From positions 11,656,001 to 11,720,000 of the forward strand of contig OX597831.1 in the NCBI GenBank assembly GCA_951406725.2: a stretch of DNA of 64,000 bases, read 5' to 3'. The translations under genes were made by a program, and so were the position numbers. Positions 62,991-64,000 of the stretch are shown one piece after another; the stretch's first letter is position 1; every line of letters begins with the position of its first letter. Origin of the DNA: Octopus vulgaris. Lineage: Eukaryota. A model generated the notes under the pieces. It was given only the letters and a program-made list of their open reading frames with translations. It did no database searches and was not told the DNA's origin.

Positions 62991-63149
62991 CCATACATAC
63001 GTATATATATGTGTGTATATATATATATATATGTATGTGTATCTTTGTGCGAAATGGGTGGGTATTTCGTTGTGTTGGGGTGATTATATATATTGTAAAC
63101 TTATCAATAACTCAATAAATATTACATATATAATATATACATATAATGC

Positions 63150-63196
<47 letters not shown>

Positions 63197-63316
63197 GGAA
63201 ATGTGCACATTTTTGTCTTTCATATTTCTATAGCATTTGTGACCACAATTTCATGCCAATAGCATTATCACATCTGTGATTTGTGTGCACGCATATATAC
63301 ATGTGTGTGTATGCAT

Positions 63317-63363
<47 letters not shown>

Positions 63364-64000
63364 CGTCTGTGTCTGTGGCTGTGTATGTGTCTGTTTTTAT
63401 CTATATGTGTGTAATCTTGTAAACTGATAACGCTCTTACATTTACGGACGAATACACATTTACAGGTATATACATTTTATGAATAATATATATATATATA
63501 TATACATTTATACAATGATATATAAGTCCCGTTAAACGAATACATCATCCTAAATAAGGATATGAAAAGTACATGTACATATATATTTACATACAGGCAC
63601 TTAAATATATATATATATATTCGTATTTTGTATTTATAGTTAAGTGTGTGTGTGTGTGTGTATGCGTGTGTGTTTGAGTTAGTATTCTGAGATAAAATAT
63701 ATGTATGTATAAAAAATTTTGCATTAGCCTACGTAGTATCTATCATTCTATCTTCTCTATCTAGCTATCTGTCTATCTGTTTCTCTCTTTCACTCTTTCT
63801 CTCTCTTTGTCTTTCTATATATAAATATGTATGCCTATGTATACACATAGATATACAAACATAAACGCACCTCATATATATATATATATATATATATAAA
63901 CATATAAATATATATGTTTGCATGTACGTATTATAAAATCATGGGAAGTGTGTAATACAAATTTTATGATACAAGTATATATGAATATTTGTATGTATAT

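Overview
AT-rich eukaryotic non-coding DNA, not prokaryotic. The extreme density of (TA)n, (CA)n, (TACA)n, (GATA)n and (AAT)n tracts and the SINE families resemble an octopus/coleoid cephalopod genome (inference from my recognition of the repeats). No intact protein-coding gene is supported: nearly all ORFs in the track are microsatellite translations. Recognisable content: many tRNA-derived SINE copies (about 3 families), CR1-group LINE 3' ends, L1/Tx1 fragments, a near full-length decayed DD37D (maT) transposon, mariner/Tc1 relics, hAT- and Tigger-like MITEs, and a Helitron-like element with a 147-bp tandem array. The most striking signal is at least seven minimal type-I hammerhead ribozyme motifs from about five unrelated sequence families. 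They have palindromic stem III and sit in short, often inverted-repeat, ORF-less elements beside (TA)n-type tracts, as expected for Penelope-like pLTR/retrozyme remnants. One copy has a fully canonical core (9640-9687). Another has a U3-A8 covariant core and points away from a second hammerhead across a perfect 42-bp palindrome. SINEs and two LINE families also share a covarying 3' hairpin module. All structures were read by eye and none were computed.
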